From positions 19,964,001-20,028,000 of the forward strand of contig OZ024749.1 in the NCBI GenBank assembly GCA_964016885.1: DNA of 64,000 nucleotides, given 5' to 3'. The notes beneath the pieces were generated by a model, which saw nothing but the letters and a program-made list of their open reading frames with translations, was not told where the DNA came from and did no database searches. The DNA comes from Eledone cirrhosa (Eukaryota). A program made the position numbers and the translations under genes. Positions 1-11,896 of this stretch are shown piece by piece (within the stretch, counting starts at the first letter, position 1; each line of letters begins with the position of its first letter).

Positions 1-2578
1 TAAAAGCATATTACTTGATGCTTTCGACAGTAAGGAAGAGCAATTAGAGTCGTACAATATAGAGGAACAGTGGGAATTCCTGAAAGCTAACCTGCTGAAG
101 GCGGCAGATGAAGTCTGTGGCTGGAGCAGGCCTATAGGCAGGAGGAGAGTAACGTGGTGGTGGAACAGTAAGGTGGAGGAGTCAATTAAGGTAAAAAAGC
201 AGGCTTGGAAAGTATGGCGGGATGGGGGAATTAGAGAAGACTATCAAGTGGCCAGGAGGGAAGCTAGGAGACAAGTGTACTTCGCAAGAAGGGAAGCAGA
301 GGAAAGAAAGTTCAAGCATGTTCTACAACGCGAGGACCAAAAACGTGAGGTGTTCAGGATTACTAGGCAATGTGTCAAGGAAAACAGTGATATTGTCGGG
401 GAGAAGTGTGTCCTTAATGATGATGGTGTACTTGCCATCACTGACACTCATAAGAAGGAAGCTTGAAAGTGTCACTACGAAAGGCTACTAAATGAGGAGA
501 ATAATTGGGAGAAAGACAGTCTCCCCCACATCGACCCAATAGAGGGACCAGCAGTGCAAGTTGAAGGTAGTATAATAAGTAAGGCGATCAAAGACATGAA
601 GACGGGCAAGGCGGCCTGGCCTTCGGAAATAGTTGCTGAAATGCTGAAAGCATCTGGAATGGTGGGACACACTATGGTCACTCGGATAGTAAACCAAGTC
701 ATACAGAATGGGGTCGTTCCGAAGGACTAGCGCAGCAGCATTATCATTAACTGCTACAAGGGTAAAGGTGATGCCCTAGATAAGGGAAACTATAGAGGCA
801 TTAAATTAATTGACCAGGTCATGAAGGTCACAGAAAAAGTAATAGCGCAACTAATCAGAGAGCGAATTGATCTAGACAAAATGCAATTCGGGTTTGTGTA
901 CAACAGACGCTCTCTTCATTGTACGACAACTACAGGAGAAGTACCTAGCTAAAAGTAAACGCCTATACTTAGCCTTTGTTGACTTGGAGAAAGCCTTTGA
1001 CAGAGTACCCCGCTCGATTATCTGGTGGGCCCTTAGAAAACTAGGTGTTGATGAATGGCTTGTGGATGCTATACAAGCCATGTATAAAGAAACAGTCAGC
1101 AAGGTTAAAATTAACAACGAATATAGTGAAGAGTTTAGCGTAAAAGTTGGTGTTCATCAGGGCTCCGTCCTTAGCCCCCTACTATTTATTATTGCCCTTC
1201 AGGCTATAACAGAGGAGTTCAAGACCGGCTGCCCATGGGAACTCCTATATGCAGATGATCTAACGCTCATAGCTGAATCAATGGCGGAACTAGAGAAGAA
1301 ATTCCAAACATGGAAGCATGGCCTAGAATCAAAAGGCCTTAAAGTTAACTTGTCTAAGACTAAAGTTCTAGTTTGTAGGAAGGAAAATAGGGCACTGGTC
1401 CCATCTGGGAAATGGCCATGCTCAGTGTGTAGGAAAGGAGTAGGCAGAAACTCCATTTTATGTCCCAAATGCAAAGTATGGGTGCATAAAAGATGTAGTG
1501 GGATCACAGGTAAGCTAACTAAGAATATAGATTTTATATGTGGCCGGTGCTCTGGTACAATAAGTAGCAGCAAGTGCCCACAGAATACTAGCTCATTCCA
1601 TTGCACAGATGGTTCTATAGAAATAGTGGACATCTTCCGTTACCTGGGTGACAAAATCAGCAGTGGGGGAGGGTGCTCTGAAAGTACAGTAGCTGGAGTC
1701 AGAACGGGATGGAAAAAGTTCAGAGAGCTTATACCACTATTGGCCGCTAAAGGGTTCTCTCTAAAGGCAAGGCTGTATGATGCCTGCATACGAACAGCAA
1801 TGTTACATGGCAGTGAGACCTGGGCATTGAGTGCAGAGGATATACGCAGACTGGAGAGAAACGAAGTTTGCATGCTCCGCTGGATGTGTAATAGTAATAT
1901 ACGTGAACGGCAAAGCATAAACAAACTAAGGGTGAAATTAGGAATAAGAGGGATCAGATGTTGTTTACTCGAGAGAAGACTACGTTGGTACGGTCACATG
2001 ATGCGCATGAAAGACGACAGCTGTATAAAAACATGCAGGGCGATAAAAATAGACAGTAGCCACGGAGTAGGCAGACCCAGAAAAACCTGGGACGACTTGA
2101 TAAATTCCGACCTCACACACACCTCTCCAAGACAATGTCACTGGACCGAGATCTTTGGCGCTACACAGTTATACAGAAGACCCGCCTTGCCTAAGTACAA
2201 AGCGAAACCTTCAGTCAGTAGGCACCTCTAACAAAATACACCCCCGTCCCACTACCCCCACCCCATCTACACCACCCCCTAAAATGTGAAATTACGTTGG
2301 TACCACAACATCCAGTCCGAAACAAATGAGGTTGTGTAGGTGTCACGACAAAAAAACACACAGTCCACGCTGTAATGTGGCCGTGTAGGTAACACGGTAA
2401 AAACCTCCCAGTCCACACTGTAAACGTGGTTGGTGTTAGGAAGGGCATCCAGCCGTAGAAAACCCGCCAGACAGTCCTGAGCAAGACAACCAATCTTGCC
2501 TCAAGTGGACAATTCCCGTCCAGACCCATGCTAGCATGGAAAATGGACGTTAAACGATGATGATGATGATGATGATGA
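1..2578 (+). mobile_element. RTE-clade LINE (family A), 5' end outside window, decayed (stops at ~464 and ~728, frameshift ~895)
   Basis: RT motifs (AFVDLEKAFDRV, GVHQGSVLSPLLF, LLYADD), C4HC3 finger, RRLRWYGH, GRPRKTW; 3' UTR ending GGACGTTAAAC(GAT)n at 2556-2578. Confidence 0.95.
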
Positions 2579-2686
2579 TATATTAAAATAACAGATTAAA
2601 GTTTAGGCAAAGAATCGCTGCTTACACCCTTAACGGGATCTTCTGAAACTCATATATATATATATATATCGACAGTCAATCGTGAA

Positions 2687-2802
2687 GGCACGTGGCTGAC
2701 TGGTTAGAGAATTGGATTCACAATCGTGAGGTTGTGAGTTCGATTCCCGAACCAGGTGATGCGTTATGTCCTTGAGCAAGACACTTTATTTCACGTTGCT
2801 CC
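2687..2802 (+). mobile_element. tRNA-derived SINE family 1, 5' fragment
   Basis: A box TGGCTGACTGG, B box GTTCGATTCC, then core TCCTTGAGCAAGACACTTTATTTCAC shared with copies at 26535, 52458 and 54578. Confidence 0.85.
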
Positions 2803-2909
2803 TTTTACCTGGAGTTGCGACCGATAGATAGTATTAGCAATTGGAAAGACTTAATGGAAACATTGTTTCCTCAGTCCGATTTGACGATATATATATATAT
2901 ACACATACA

Positions 2910-4922
2910 TATGCCCAGTTAATTCTATTTAGATATGTATTGTAACAACAGTAAGATCTAGAGTGTTGATAGATTTAGGTCCCCTGTTATTAAAACACCC
3001 CAGAAACCTCCTATGAGATACAACCTTGTAAGAGGGCAGCTAAACCTACAAAGTTATAACCACACTGATATGTAGAGTGCTGATAGGACTGGGGTCCCCT
3101 GCCATTAAAATACCCAAGAAACCTCCTAAGAGGCCAGCTAAACCTACAACACTATAACAACAACGATATGTAGTGTTGATAGGATTGAGGACCCCTATCA
3201 ATAAATACTCCAGAAACCTATGAGATGTAACCTTGTAAGAGGCCAGCTAAATCTACTTAGATGTGGGTTGTAACAGCAACAATATGTAGTATTGATAAGA
3301 CTGGTGTACCTATCATTAAAATGAACAATGAAACCTCATAAGAGGCCAGTTAAACCTACATATATTTGAGCTGTAATAACAAAAATTTGTAGCATTGATA
3401 TGACTGGTGACCCCTGTCATTAAAATACCCAAGAAACCTCCCATGTGGTGAAACCTCGTAGGAGGCCAGCTATACCTAAATAGGTGTAAGCTGTAACAAC
3501 AAAAATATGTAGAGTATTGATAGGACTGGGGCCTCATTAAAATACCCAAAAAACCTCCTATGTGATAAAACCTCGTAGGAGGTCAGTTAAACATACACAG
3601 GTGTGAGTTGTAAGAACAACATACATATGTATGTGTGATATGTCTGAGGCCTTCATCATTAAAACTTCCCAGAAACTTCCTATGGGATGAAACCTTGTAG
3701 TAGGTCAGCTAAACCTAAATAGGTATAAGTTATAACAACAATAATATGTAGAGTGTTGTCAGGACTGGGCCCTCATATGATTAAAACACCCAAGAAACCT
3801 CTTATGCAATAACACATTACAGGACGCCAGCTTAATCTAAATAGGTGTAATCTGTAACAGCAATTTAGAGTGTTAAGACTGGGTCCCTATCATTAAAACA
3901 CGTCAGGGACCACCTGTGTGCTATAACCTTGTAGGATGTCAGCTAAACCTATATAGGTGTCAGTTGTAACAACAACAATAGGTAGAGTGTTGATAGGACT
4001 GGGTCCCTATCATTAAAAAGTCTCAGAGACCACCTGTGAGATATAACCTTGTAGGATGTTAGCTAAACCTTCATAGGTGAAAGCTGTAACAATATGTAGT
4101 GTTGATAGGACTAGGGCTCCTATCAGAAACCATATATTAGGTGAAGTATAAACCTCATAGGAGGCCAGCTAAACCTACATAAGTGTTGGCTATAATAATA
4201 TGTAGTGTGTTGATAGGATTGGGACTTCTGTCAGTAAAACACATCAGAAACCACCTACGTGATAAAACCTCATAGGAGGCCAGCTAAACCTTTATAGGTG
4301 AGAACTGTAACAACAATAATATGTAGAGTATTGATACAGGACCAAAACCTCTGGCGTTACGCAGTAATACACAAGACCTGACTTCCCATGGGTACATGCC
4401 GAAGCTGAAGCATATAGACAATATGCCCCAAACCCCTGCCACTGTAAAGTGGTTGTGGAGGTGTCACGACAAAAAGCACCCAGCCCACACTGTAAAGTGG
4501 TCGTGTAGGTGCCATGGTAAAAAAAGCACCCAGTACTCATTATAAATGAGGTTGGTGTTAGGAAGAGCATCCAGCTGAAGAAATCAAGCCAAAATCAGTT
4601 CTGTATGAGCAAGACATGGTCACCTGACCTGGCATTGCTGACAACAGGACAACCCATCTAACGTGGAAGAATGGACGTAAAGCGGTGATGATGATGATGA
4701 TGAGTATTGATAGGGATGGGCTCCTATCATTAAAACACCTCAGAAGCCATTTATAAGGTTAAGTATACACCTCATAGGAGGCCACCTAAACCTACAGAGG
4801 TGTGTGCTGTAACAATATGTAGTGTGTTGATAGGACTAGGGTTCCTATCATTAAAACACTTCAGAAACCACCTACGTGATAAAACCTGGTAGGAGGCCAG
4901 CTAAACCTATATAGGTGAGAAC
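2910..4922. repeat. Diverged ~95-122 bp tandem satellite, interrupted by an RTE 3' fragment
   Basis: Recurring unit GTGTTGATAGGACTGGGTCCCTATCATTAAAA...AAACCTCGTAGGAGGCCAGCTAAACCTA...TGTAACAAC. Confidence 0.85.
4345..4703 (+). mobile_element. RTE family C 3' end fragment
   Basis: Matches 50895-51255 (CTGGCGT..CGCAGTAATACA...CCCATGGGTACA; GGTGTTAGGAAG.GCATCCAGC); (GAT)n tail. Confidence 0.85.
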
Positions 4923-5251
4923 CAGAAATAATTTTGTTGAAAAAACCAGGAATTTCAGGAAATGTTGATGGATTAAGGAAAGTTATTGCTCCAAGCAAAA
5001 TGGGAACAATCTGATGAGTCAGTTCTTAATGAAATGAGATGAAAGTAAAGATTTGTCACATTTCTAATGTCATATTATAAAGAGCGGGTTATTATCTATG
5101 TACAGAATATACATACATATATACATACATCTATACATTCATAGATACATACAAACATACATATATATATATAGTTGCATACATATATAATATACACAAC
5201 TATATGGTTGCATACTTACATATTACATATATAAATATGGTTGCATACATA

Positions 5252-5288
<37 letters not shown>

Positions 5289-5337
5289 AATATATATATA
5301 TCTCTAATGACTTGATTTTTTTATTTCATTGTTTTAA

Positions 5338-5380
<43 letters not shown>

Positions 5381-5412
5381 ATATATATATATATATATAC
5401 ACACACATATAC

Positions 5413-5625
5413 AAAATGAATTAAAAGAAGGCGAGCAAAGACAACAGAAAATCCTTATATATATATATATGTATGTATATGTTATATATGTATGCATCAA
5501 CTATGTATATATATATATACACACACATATATATAGTTGCATACATATATAACATATATATACATATATATATATATATATAAGGATTTTCTGTTGACTT
5601 TGCTCACCTTCTTTCAATTCATTTT
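5413..5625. repeat. Imperfect inverted repeat (~45 bp arms) around a TA-rich spacer
   Basis: AAAATGAATTAAAAGAAGGCGAGCAAAGACAACAGAAAATCCTTA versus TAAGGATTTTCTGTTGACTTTGCTCACCTTCTTTCAATTCATTTT. Confidence 0.7.
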
Positions 5626-6990
5626 AATAATAAAAATAATAATAATAATGAAATTATTGTGTAAAGTGCTCAGGTGCACTACAACTCGTCAATATAGTAC
5701 ATAGAATAATACACAAATGTCAGGGAAGTACATGTGTGTATGTGTTAGCTGTAGTGTTGGCGGATCTCGGGAAGCATGGAGGCCTTAAAGGATGCAGTGT
5801 CTCGACAGCTAACAACTGATGCAGGTAGTTTGTTCCATGCTTCAGCAACTCTGAGCGTGAAAAAATGTTTCCGAAAGTCATGGGAACTGTGCTGTTTTCT
5901 GACTTTGTGGGCATGTCCACATGTGTTAGACACATGGAAATCAAAAAGGTACTCAGGGTTGTTGTTGGCAAGATGGTTAACAATTTTGTGGGTGTTTACC
6001 AAGTCGGTTGCCAGGCGTCGGAGCTTCAATGAATCCATGCCCAGGGAAGCAAGGCGCTCAGAGTATGGTAGATGCCTGATGGAGGGTATTCGCTTGGTTG
6101 TACGTCTCTGAACAGTTTCCAGGCAGTCAATGTCCTGAGCAACATGGGGGTTCCAGACTGGTGATGCAAATTCTAAGTGTAGTCGCACCATAGCTGTATA
6201 CAGCCTTAAATAGATATCTGGAGAGCGGCTGACAAAGGTCTTGCTGAGTGATGTTAAGACACCCTCGGCCCTCTTGACAATTTTAGAGATGTGCCTCGTC
6301 CAACGCAAATCGCTGCTGACCGTAATGCCCAGGTCACGTTCACAGGAAGACTTCTTGATATTAGTGCTGTGGAGGGAGTATGTGGACGCTGGGTTTTTAC
6401 TCCCAAAATGCATGGTGGTGCACTTGTCCACAGCTAGCTTGAGTTGCCAGTCTGAGATCCATTGTTGCATTGTGTCCAGGTCAGACTGCAAGCAAGATCT
6501 ATAGTGTTCAGGATCTGTCCTTTTTATCTCAAGGTACAGCTTGATGTCGTCTGCGTACTTTAGTACTGTGGCATTCCTTAAGTTGGCATCTATGTCATTA
6601 ATATATGCCACAAACAAAAGGGGGCCAAGAACAGATCCCTGTGGTACACCAGATGACATCTCATATGGTGAGGAATGCTGTCCCAGAACCGTGACTACCT
6701 CTCTTCGACTGAGAATGAAGGACTTCAACCAGTTAAAAAGATCATCCTTCACACCCATTGCAGAGAGTTTTGCCATAAGCCTTTTGTGTGGCACAGAATT
6801 GAAGGCCTTCGCAAAGTCAAGGTAAACAACATCCACCCATGAGCCGCCATCAGTGATCCGGGTGATGTCCTCAAGAAACTCTATAAGTTGATCACAGCAG
6901 CTGGAGTTGGGGATAAATCCAAATTGCGAGGGCCGGATAAGACTGTGAGAGCTCCAGAAGTTCCAAAGTTTTTTTTGTATAATTTTAGTC
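5626..6990 (-). mobile_element. CR1-clade LINE, 5'-truncated (RT and C-terminus, ORF 5745-6992)
   Basis: QFGF, VYLDFAKAF, SGVPQGSVLGPLLF, KYADD, ERDLGI, FFTLRVAEAWNKLP (CR1-type C-terminus); (ATT)n-like tail. Confidence 0.9.
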
Positions 6991-7110
6991 ACAGGGGGTG
7001 GGTGGAACCCTTACACACACACACACATATATATATATATATTATAAATGAAGTAATTCCGTCGGAAAAGTCCAGGAAAAAAGAGTGCTCTATGTAGGTA
7101 ACAGAGCTTA

Positions 7111-7406
7111 ATAGTTATGTAATAAACAACATAAGGCAATTATTTCATTTACCAGTGGTTTCTTAAAAGCAAAAAATTTTGCTTTCAATCATCGGAATGA
7201 AAAAATCCTGACGTATTTATTGACATTGGATTTTAAAAACAAAAATGCAATCTATATCGATATAGATTGCATTTTTGTTTTTAAAATCCAATGTCAATAA
7301 ATACGTCAGGATTTTTTCATTCCGATGATTGAAAGCAAAATTTTTTGCTTTTAAGAAACCACTGGTAAATGAAATAATTGCCTTATGTTGTTTATTACAT
7401 AACTAT
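7111..7406. repeat. Perfect 296-bp DNA palindrome (148-bp arms, no spacer)
   Basis: Centre ...TCTATATC|GATATAGA... at 7258/7259; arms reverse-complementary along their length. Confidence 0.95.
7315..7374 (+). ncRNA. Type I hammerhead ribozyme motif (mirror copy on - strand at 7143-7202)
   Basis: TTTCATT-CCGATGA-[TTGAAAGCAAAA..TTTTGCTTTTAA]-GAAA-CCACTGG-TA-AATGAAA; U4C core variant, GUA site. Confidence 0.75.
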
Positions 7407-7424
7407 ATATATATTATATATATA

Positions 7425-7907
7425 AGGGATAACAAAATATCGTTATAGGTAATCCATTTAGAGGTTGTGAATACTCCGTATTATGGATAGTTTTAACGTA
7501 CGGCGTTGTTTGACTCAACAAGAGGTTTCCGTAGGTGGAGAGTTTGCGAGTTCTTGGGAATTCCTATGTAAGTTTATCTTGGATTAATAATATTGAAAGA
7601 GTGAAGAATAACATTGTCAGCAGTACAAAAAAGGGTTTTATTTACAGTATTAACAATTGTTTCACTGGTTAAGTTGTCTAAAAATTACTGAACACTTGAA
7701 GCTGTGCGACTCAATTTTAAATACGATGTTAGCTTAACCAGATCATCAGAAGGACTGAGTCGCACAGCTTCAAGTGTTCAGCAATTTTTAGACAACTTAA
7801 TCAGTGAAACAATTGTTAATACTATAAATAAACCCTTTTTTGTACTGTTGACCATGTTATTCTTCACTCTTTCAATATTATATATATATATATGTGTGTG
7901 TGTTATC

Positions 7908-7953
<46 letters not shown>

Positions 7954-8300
7954 GATAACAACTTATCGTTATAGGTAATCTAGTTAGAGGTTGTGAGTAC
8001 TCTATGTCGTGGATAGTTTTAACGTATGTCGTTGTTTGACTCAACAAGATGTTTCCATAGTTAGGTACTGAGTTAGCGGGAATTCCTATGCAGGTCATAC
8101 TTGGAGTAATAGTAGTGAAAGATTGAAGAATAACATGGTCGGCTGTACAACAAGGGGCTTTATTTCAAGTATTAACAATTGTTTCATTGATCAGGTGAGT
8201 CTAGAGGCCGCTAATCACTCGAAGTTGCGTCACTTGACCTTAAATACAGTGTTTACCTCTGATCAAATCCTGAGTATTCTGTTATTCTTCACTCTTTCAC
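7425..8300 (-). mobile_element. Two tandem diverged copies (7425-7880, 7950-8300) of a short non-coding fold-back element between (TA)n tracts
   Basis: Shared GGGATAACAA..ATCGTTATAGGTAATC..AGAGGTTGTGA and TGAAGAATAACAT..AGTATTAACAATTGTTTCA; both end in an inverted copy of their own sequence. Confidence 0.7.
7645..7757 (-). ncRNA. Type I hammerhead motif with extended stem II
   Basis: Minus strand CAGTCCTT-CTGATGA-T[CTGGTTAAG ~60 nt CTTAACCAG]T-GAAA-CAATTG-TT-AATACTG. Confidence 0.65.
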
Positions 8301-8570
8301 TATATATATATATAGTAGTAATAATAAATTTGAAGACTAAAATCCAAAGAGGGCTCGATAAGGATAAATATATATCAAATATATAAGAACCGTAGAGTTT
8401 CAGAAGATCCTGTTAAGGGTGAAAGCAGCGATTCTTTGCTTAAACTTTAATCTGTTATTTTAATAAATATATATATATTAGGGTATAAATATTGAGTTTT
8501 GTCATAAGTTAATCACTACCATGACTGAATCTTAACCATCTACTATGTCAGGGTATGTCATGCATCTTCT

Positions 8571-8637
8571 TATTTTATCTGATGAGGACATACTGTTGAA
8601 CTTAACTCAGTACCTCTGAAATATGTATAATAAAATA
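8571..8637 (+). ncRNA. Type I hammerhead motif
   Basis: TATTTTAT-CTGATGA-[GG..TACTG..CAGTACC..]-GAAA-TATGTA-TA-ATAAAATA. Confidence 0.7.
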
Positions 8638-8775
8638 TAATTGATCACAAGAATATCTATTTTGTTAATATTTTTAATTAATATTAATAACTCTGGGAAA
8701 CCTTTTTCTGTTGAGTGCTTCCAATCTATTGTAAAACTCATTCTTTGATGTATTCATTGAACCTTGTTTAACTTT

Positions 8776-8848
<73 letters not shown>

Positions 8849-8958
8849 AGAGGAATTCCAACTTTGTCTGATTTACTCGTTTTATTTACAATCCTTTAAA
8901 ATTTATAATGGTATTATAATGAAATAGTATGATAGAATATTAAATTCTAAGTGTTAAT

Positions 8959-8997
8959 TGAACAAGTACTTTCATGCTTTCGCAATCTTCAGGTTCA
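8959..8997 (-). ncRNA. Minimal (Penelope-type) hammerhead motif
   Basis: Minus strand TGAAC-CTGAAGA-T[TGC GAAA GCA]T-GAAA-GTAC-TT-GTTCA; identical copy at 38599-38637. Confidence 0.75.
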
Positions 8998-9257
8998 TAA
9001 TATGTGGTGACAGTCAAGTTTGCAATTTTTCGTGAAAAATTACAAACTTGACTGTCACCACATATTATGTCACCGCATATATATATAACAGATTAATCCC
9101 TAATCTGTCCGAGAGATGTAATGGTTATTGAGGTGGTCTGTATATTTTTATCATTCTGTCTGTTTCATGGTTACATATTTCAAACAAATGTGGTTCTTCA
9201 ACCGTCGTAATATTAGACACACTGATTTACTGTGTTTATTACTACATATATTATTAT

Positions 9258-9445
9258 ATAATTGTTTCTACTTTTGGCACAAGGCCAGCAATTACCCAGT
9301 ACATTACTGGTACTTTATTTTATCGACCCCGTATGGATGAAAGGCAAAGTTAACCTCGGCGGGATTTGAACTCAGATCATAAAGGGACGTAACTATGCTG
9401 GAAAGCATGTCCGAGCCTCTACCGATACTGCCAATTGACTGCCCT
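9258..9445 (-). mobile_element. tRNA-derived SINE family 2 (Deu/Nin-like core)
   Basis: Reverse complement of TTGGCAGTATCGGTAGAG..GAGTTCAAATCCCGCCGAGGTTAACTTTGCCTTTCATCC..GGGGTCGATAAAATAAAGTACCAG. Confidence 0.85.
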
Positions 9446-9650
9446 TTATATTATTATATAATGCTCAGTATTTATACTTTGAGCTTTGTTAATTACAGGG
9501 TTTCAGTATGAGTTATTAACTCTACCTTTCATTTATATATATATATATATATGCATAGACACACACACACACACATATATATATACACACACATGCAGAC
9601 ATATATATAGATACACATACATGCAGAACATATATATACATATAGACACA

Positions 9651-9686
<36 letters not shown>

Positions 9687-9688
<2 letters not shown>

Positions 9689-10550
9689 ATATACGCAGAC
9701 TAGAGAGGAACGAAGCTTGCATGCTCCGCTGGATGTGCAATAGTAATATACGTGAACGGCAAAGCATAAACGAACTAAGGAAAAAAATTAGAAATAAGAG
9801 GGATCAGATGTTGTTTACTCGAGAGAAGGCTACGTTGGTACGGTCATGTGATGCGCATGAAAGACGACAGCTGTATAACAAAGTGCAGGGCAATAAAGAT
9901 AGACGGTAGCCACGGAGTAGGCAGACCCAGAAAAACATGGGACGAGCTGATAAATTCCGACCTCACACGCTTACACCTCTCCAAGACAATGTCACTGGAC
10001 CGAGACCTTTGGCGGTACTCAGTAATAGAGAAGACCCGCCTTACCTAAATACAAAGTAAAAACCTACTACAGTCAGTAGGCATCTCTATCAAAACACCCC
10101 CCCGTCCCACCACCTCCACCCCATCCACACCGCCCCTTTCAATGTACAGTTATGTTGGTCCCACAACATCCAGGCCGAAACAAATGAGATCGTGTAGGTG
10201 TCACGACAAAAAAACACACAGTCCACGCTGTAAATGTGGCCGTGTAGGCAACACGGTAAAAACCTCCCAGCCCCACACTGTAAATGTGGTTGGTGTTAGG
10301 AAGGGCATCCAGCTGTAGAAAACCCGCCAGACAGTCCACGCTGTAATGTGGCCGTGTAGGCAACACGGTAAAAACCTCCCAGCCCCACACTGTAAATGTG
10401 GTTGGTGTTAGGAAGGGCATCCAACTGTAGAAAACCCGCCAGACAGTCCTATGCAAGCAAGACAACCACTCTTGCCTCAAGTGGGAAAACCCCCGTCCAA
10501 ACCCATGCAAGCGTGGAACACGGACGCTAAACCTGATGATGATGATGATG
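9687..10550 (+). mobile_element. RTE family A 3' fragment with ~115-bp internal tandem duplication in the 3' UTR
   Basis: MLRWMC..GRPRKTW..EKTRLT; CAGTCCACGCTGTAA..GGAAGGGCATCC block present twice; (GAT)n tail. Confidence 0.9.
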
Positions 10551-10573
10551 ATATATATGTATGTATATATATT

Positions 10574-10604
<31 letters not shown>

Positions 10605-10643
10605 ATATATTTATATATATATATATATGTATGTATATATATT

Positions 10644-10674
<31 letters not shown>

Positions 10675-10677
10675 ATA

Positions 10678-10742
<65 letters not shown>

Positions 10743-10749
10743 TTATATT

Positions 10750-10782
<33 letters not shown>

Positions 10783-10825
10783 TTATATTTATATATATAT
10801 ATATATATATATGTGTATGTATATA

Positions 10826-10871
<46 letters not shown>

Positions 10872-11501
10872 CACACATATGCTGCACATGTATATATATA
10901 GACACACACACACACATGTATATTAGATGACCCCTCACAGTACTTCAATGATTTTGACACCTATATAAACCTGACAAATTGATGTGTTGATGTGATATAG
11001 AATGTGTGATAATATATATGTGTAACATCAATAGATGATTACAGAATTACTGTTAGTTCTGAAGATATGTGTTAACAGAATATATAGTGTCTGCACACAC
11101 ATACACATGCTCACACATACACATACGTGTATATATATATATATATATGGGGGGTGTAGACAGTCAGTTTATATATATATATGATGGCTGCAAACTCTGC
11201 TAAGAGTATTGCAATCGCTTGTCAGATTATGGAGTTTGGTGCACTTTTAGGCTATGGCCAGCCACACGAACCTGTAACTTATCCTGAACAAGCAATGCCT
11301 ATGCTTTGAAGGTTTTTTAAGTGGGGAAAGGCCTTGCACTCGACCAATCCCACTCTCTGAGCATCGGAAACACTACCCAAAAAGGAGAACAGGTCGACAT
11401 CATCGCATGCTTCCGAAGCCGCAGGCTTTTTTTTCAGAGTTTCCCTCGCTTAGAAAGGTGTTGTGATGACAACTGGGGGCCTTTCACTCCCAGGTGAAAA
11501 A

Positions 11502-11550
<49 letters not shown>

Positions 11551-11896
11551 TTCCTGAAGAAGGGCTAAAGCTTGACACATCAAACAGATTTTTTGTACCT
11601 CTGTTGTCTTTTTCAAATGTGAATCCATACGTACACATATATATGTGTGCATGTATGTATATATATATATATATATACATACTACTGTATGTCTGTATAC
11701 ATATATGTATGTATGTATACATACTTATATTTAAGTAACAGCCATACTAAGAGTGGGAAATGAAATTTTGTTTCATTTTTTCCGTTTATATATATATATA
11801 TATATAAATCTGTACGCATATGTTAGTAGATATACTAAATTCTCTATATATATATATTGTCAGTTTACACTCCCATATATATATATATATATATAT

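Noticed and set aside
2687-2760. tRNA gene
   Set aside because: A/B boxes run straight into a SINE core with no acceptor stem closure; it is a SINE head.
5011-5045. CTGATGA...GAAA possible hammerhead
   Set aside because: No stem II, stem III or helix I pairing.
8395-8464. CAGAAGA-TCCTGTTAAGGGT-GAAA repeat, with a reverse copy at 2579-2651
   Set aside because: A real dispersed repeat, but the core is non-canonical in both copies and there is no UH/helix I, so it is not called a ribozyme or a TIR pair.
10451-10930. YIYI/THTH/CVCV-type ORFs here and at 14-16 kb, 32 kb and 52 kb
   Set aside because: Translations of (TA)n, (CA)n and (CACG)n microsatellites.
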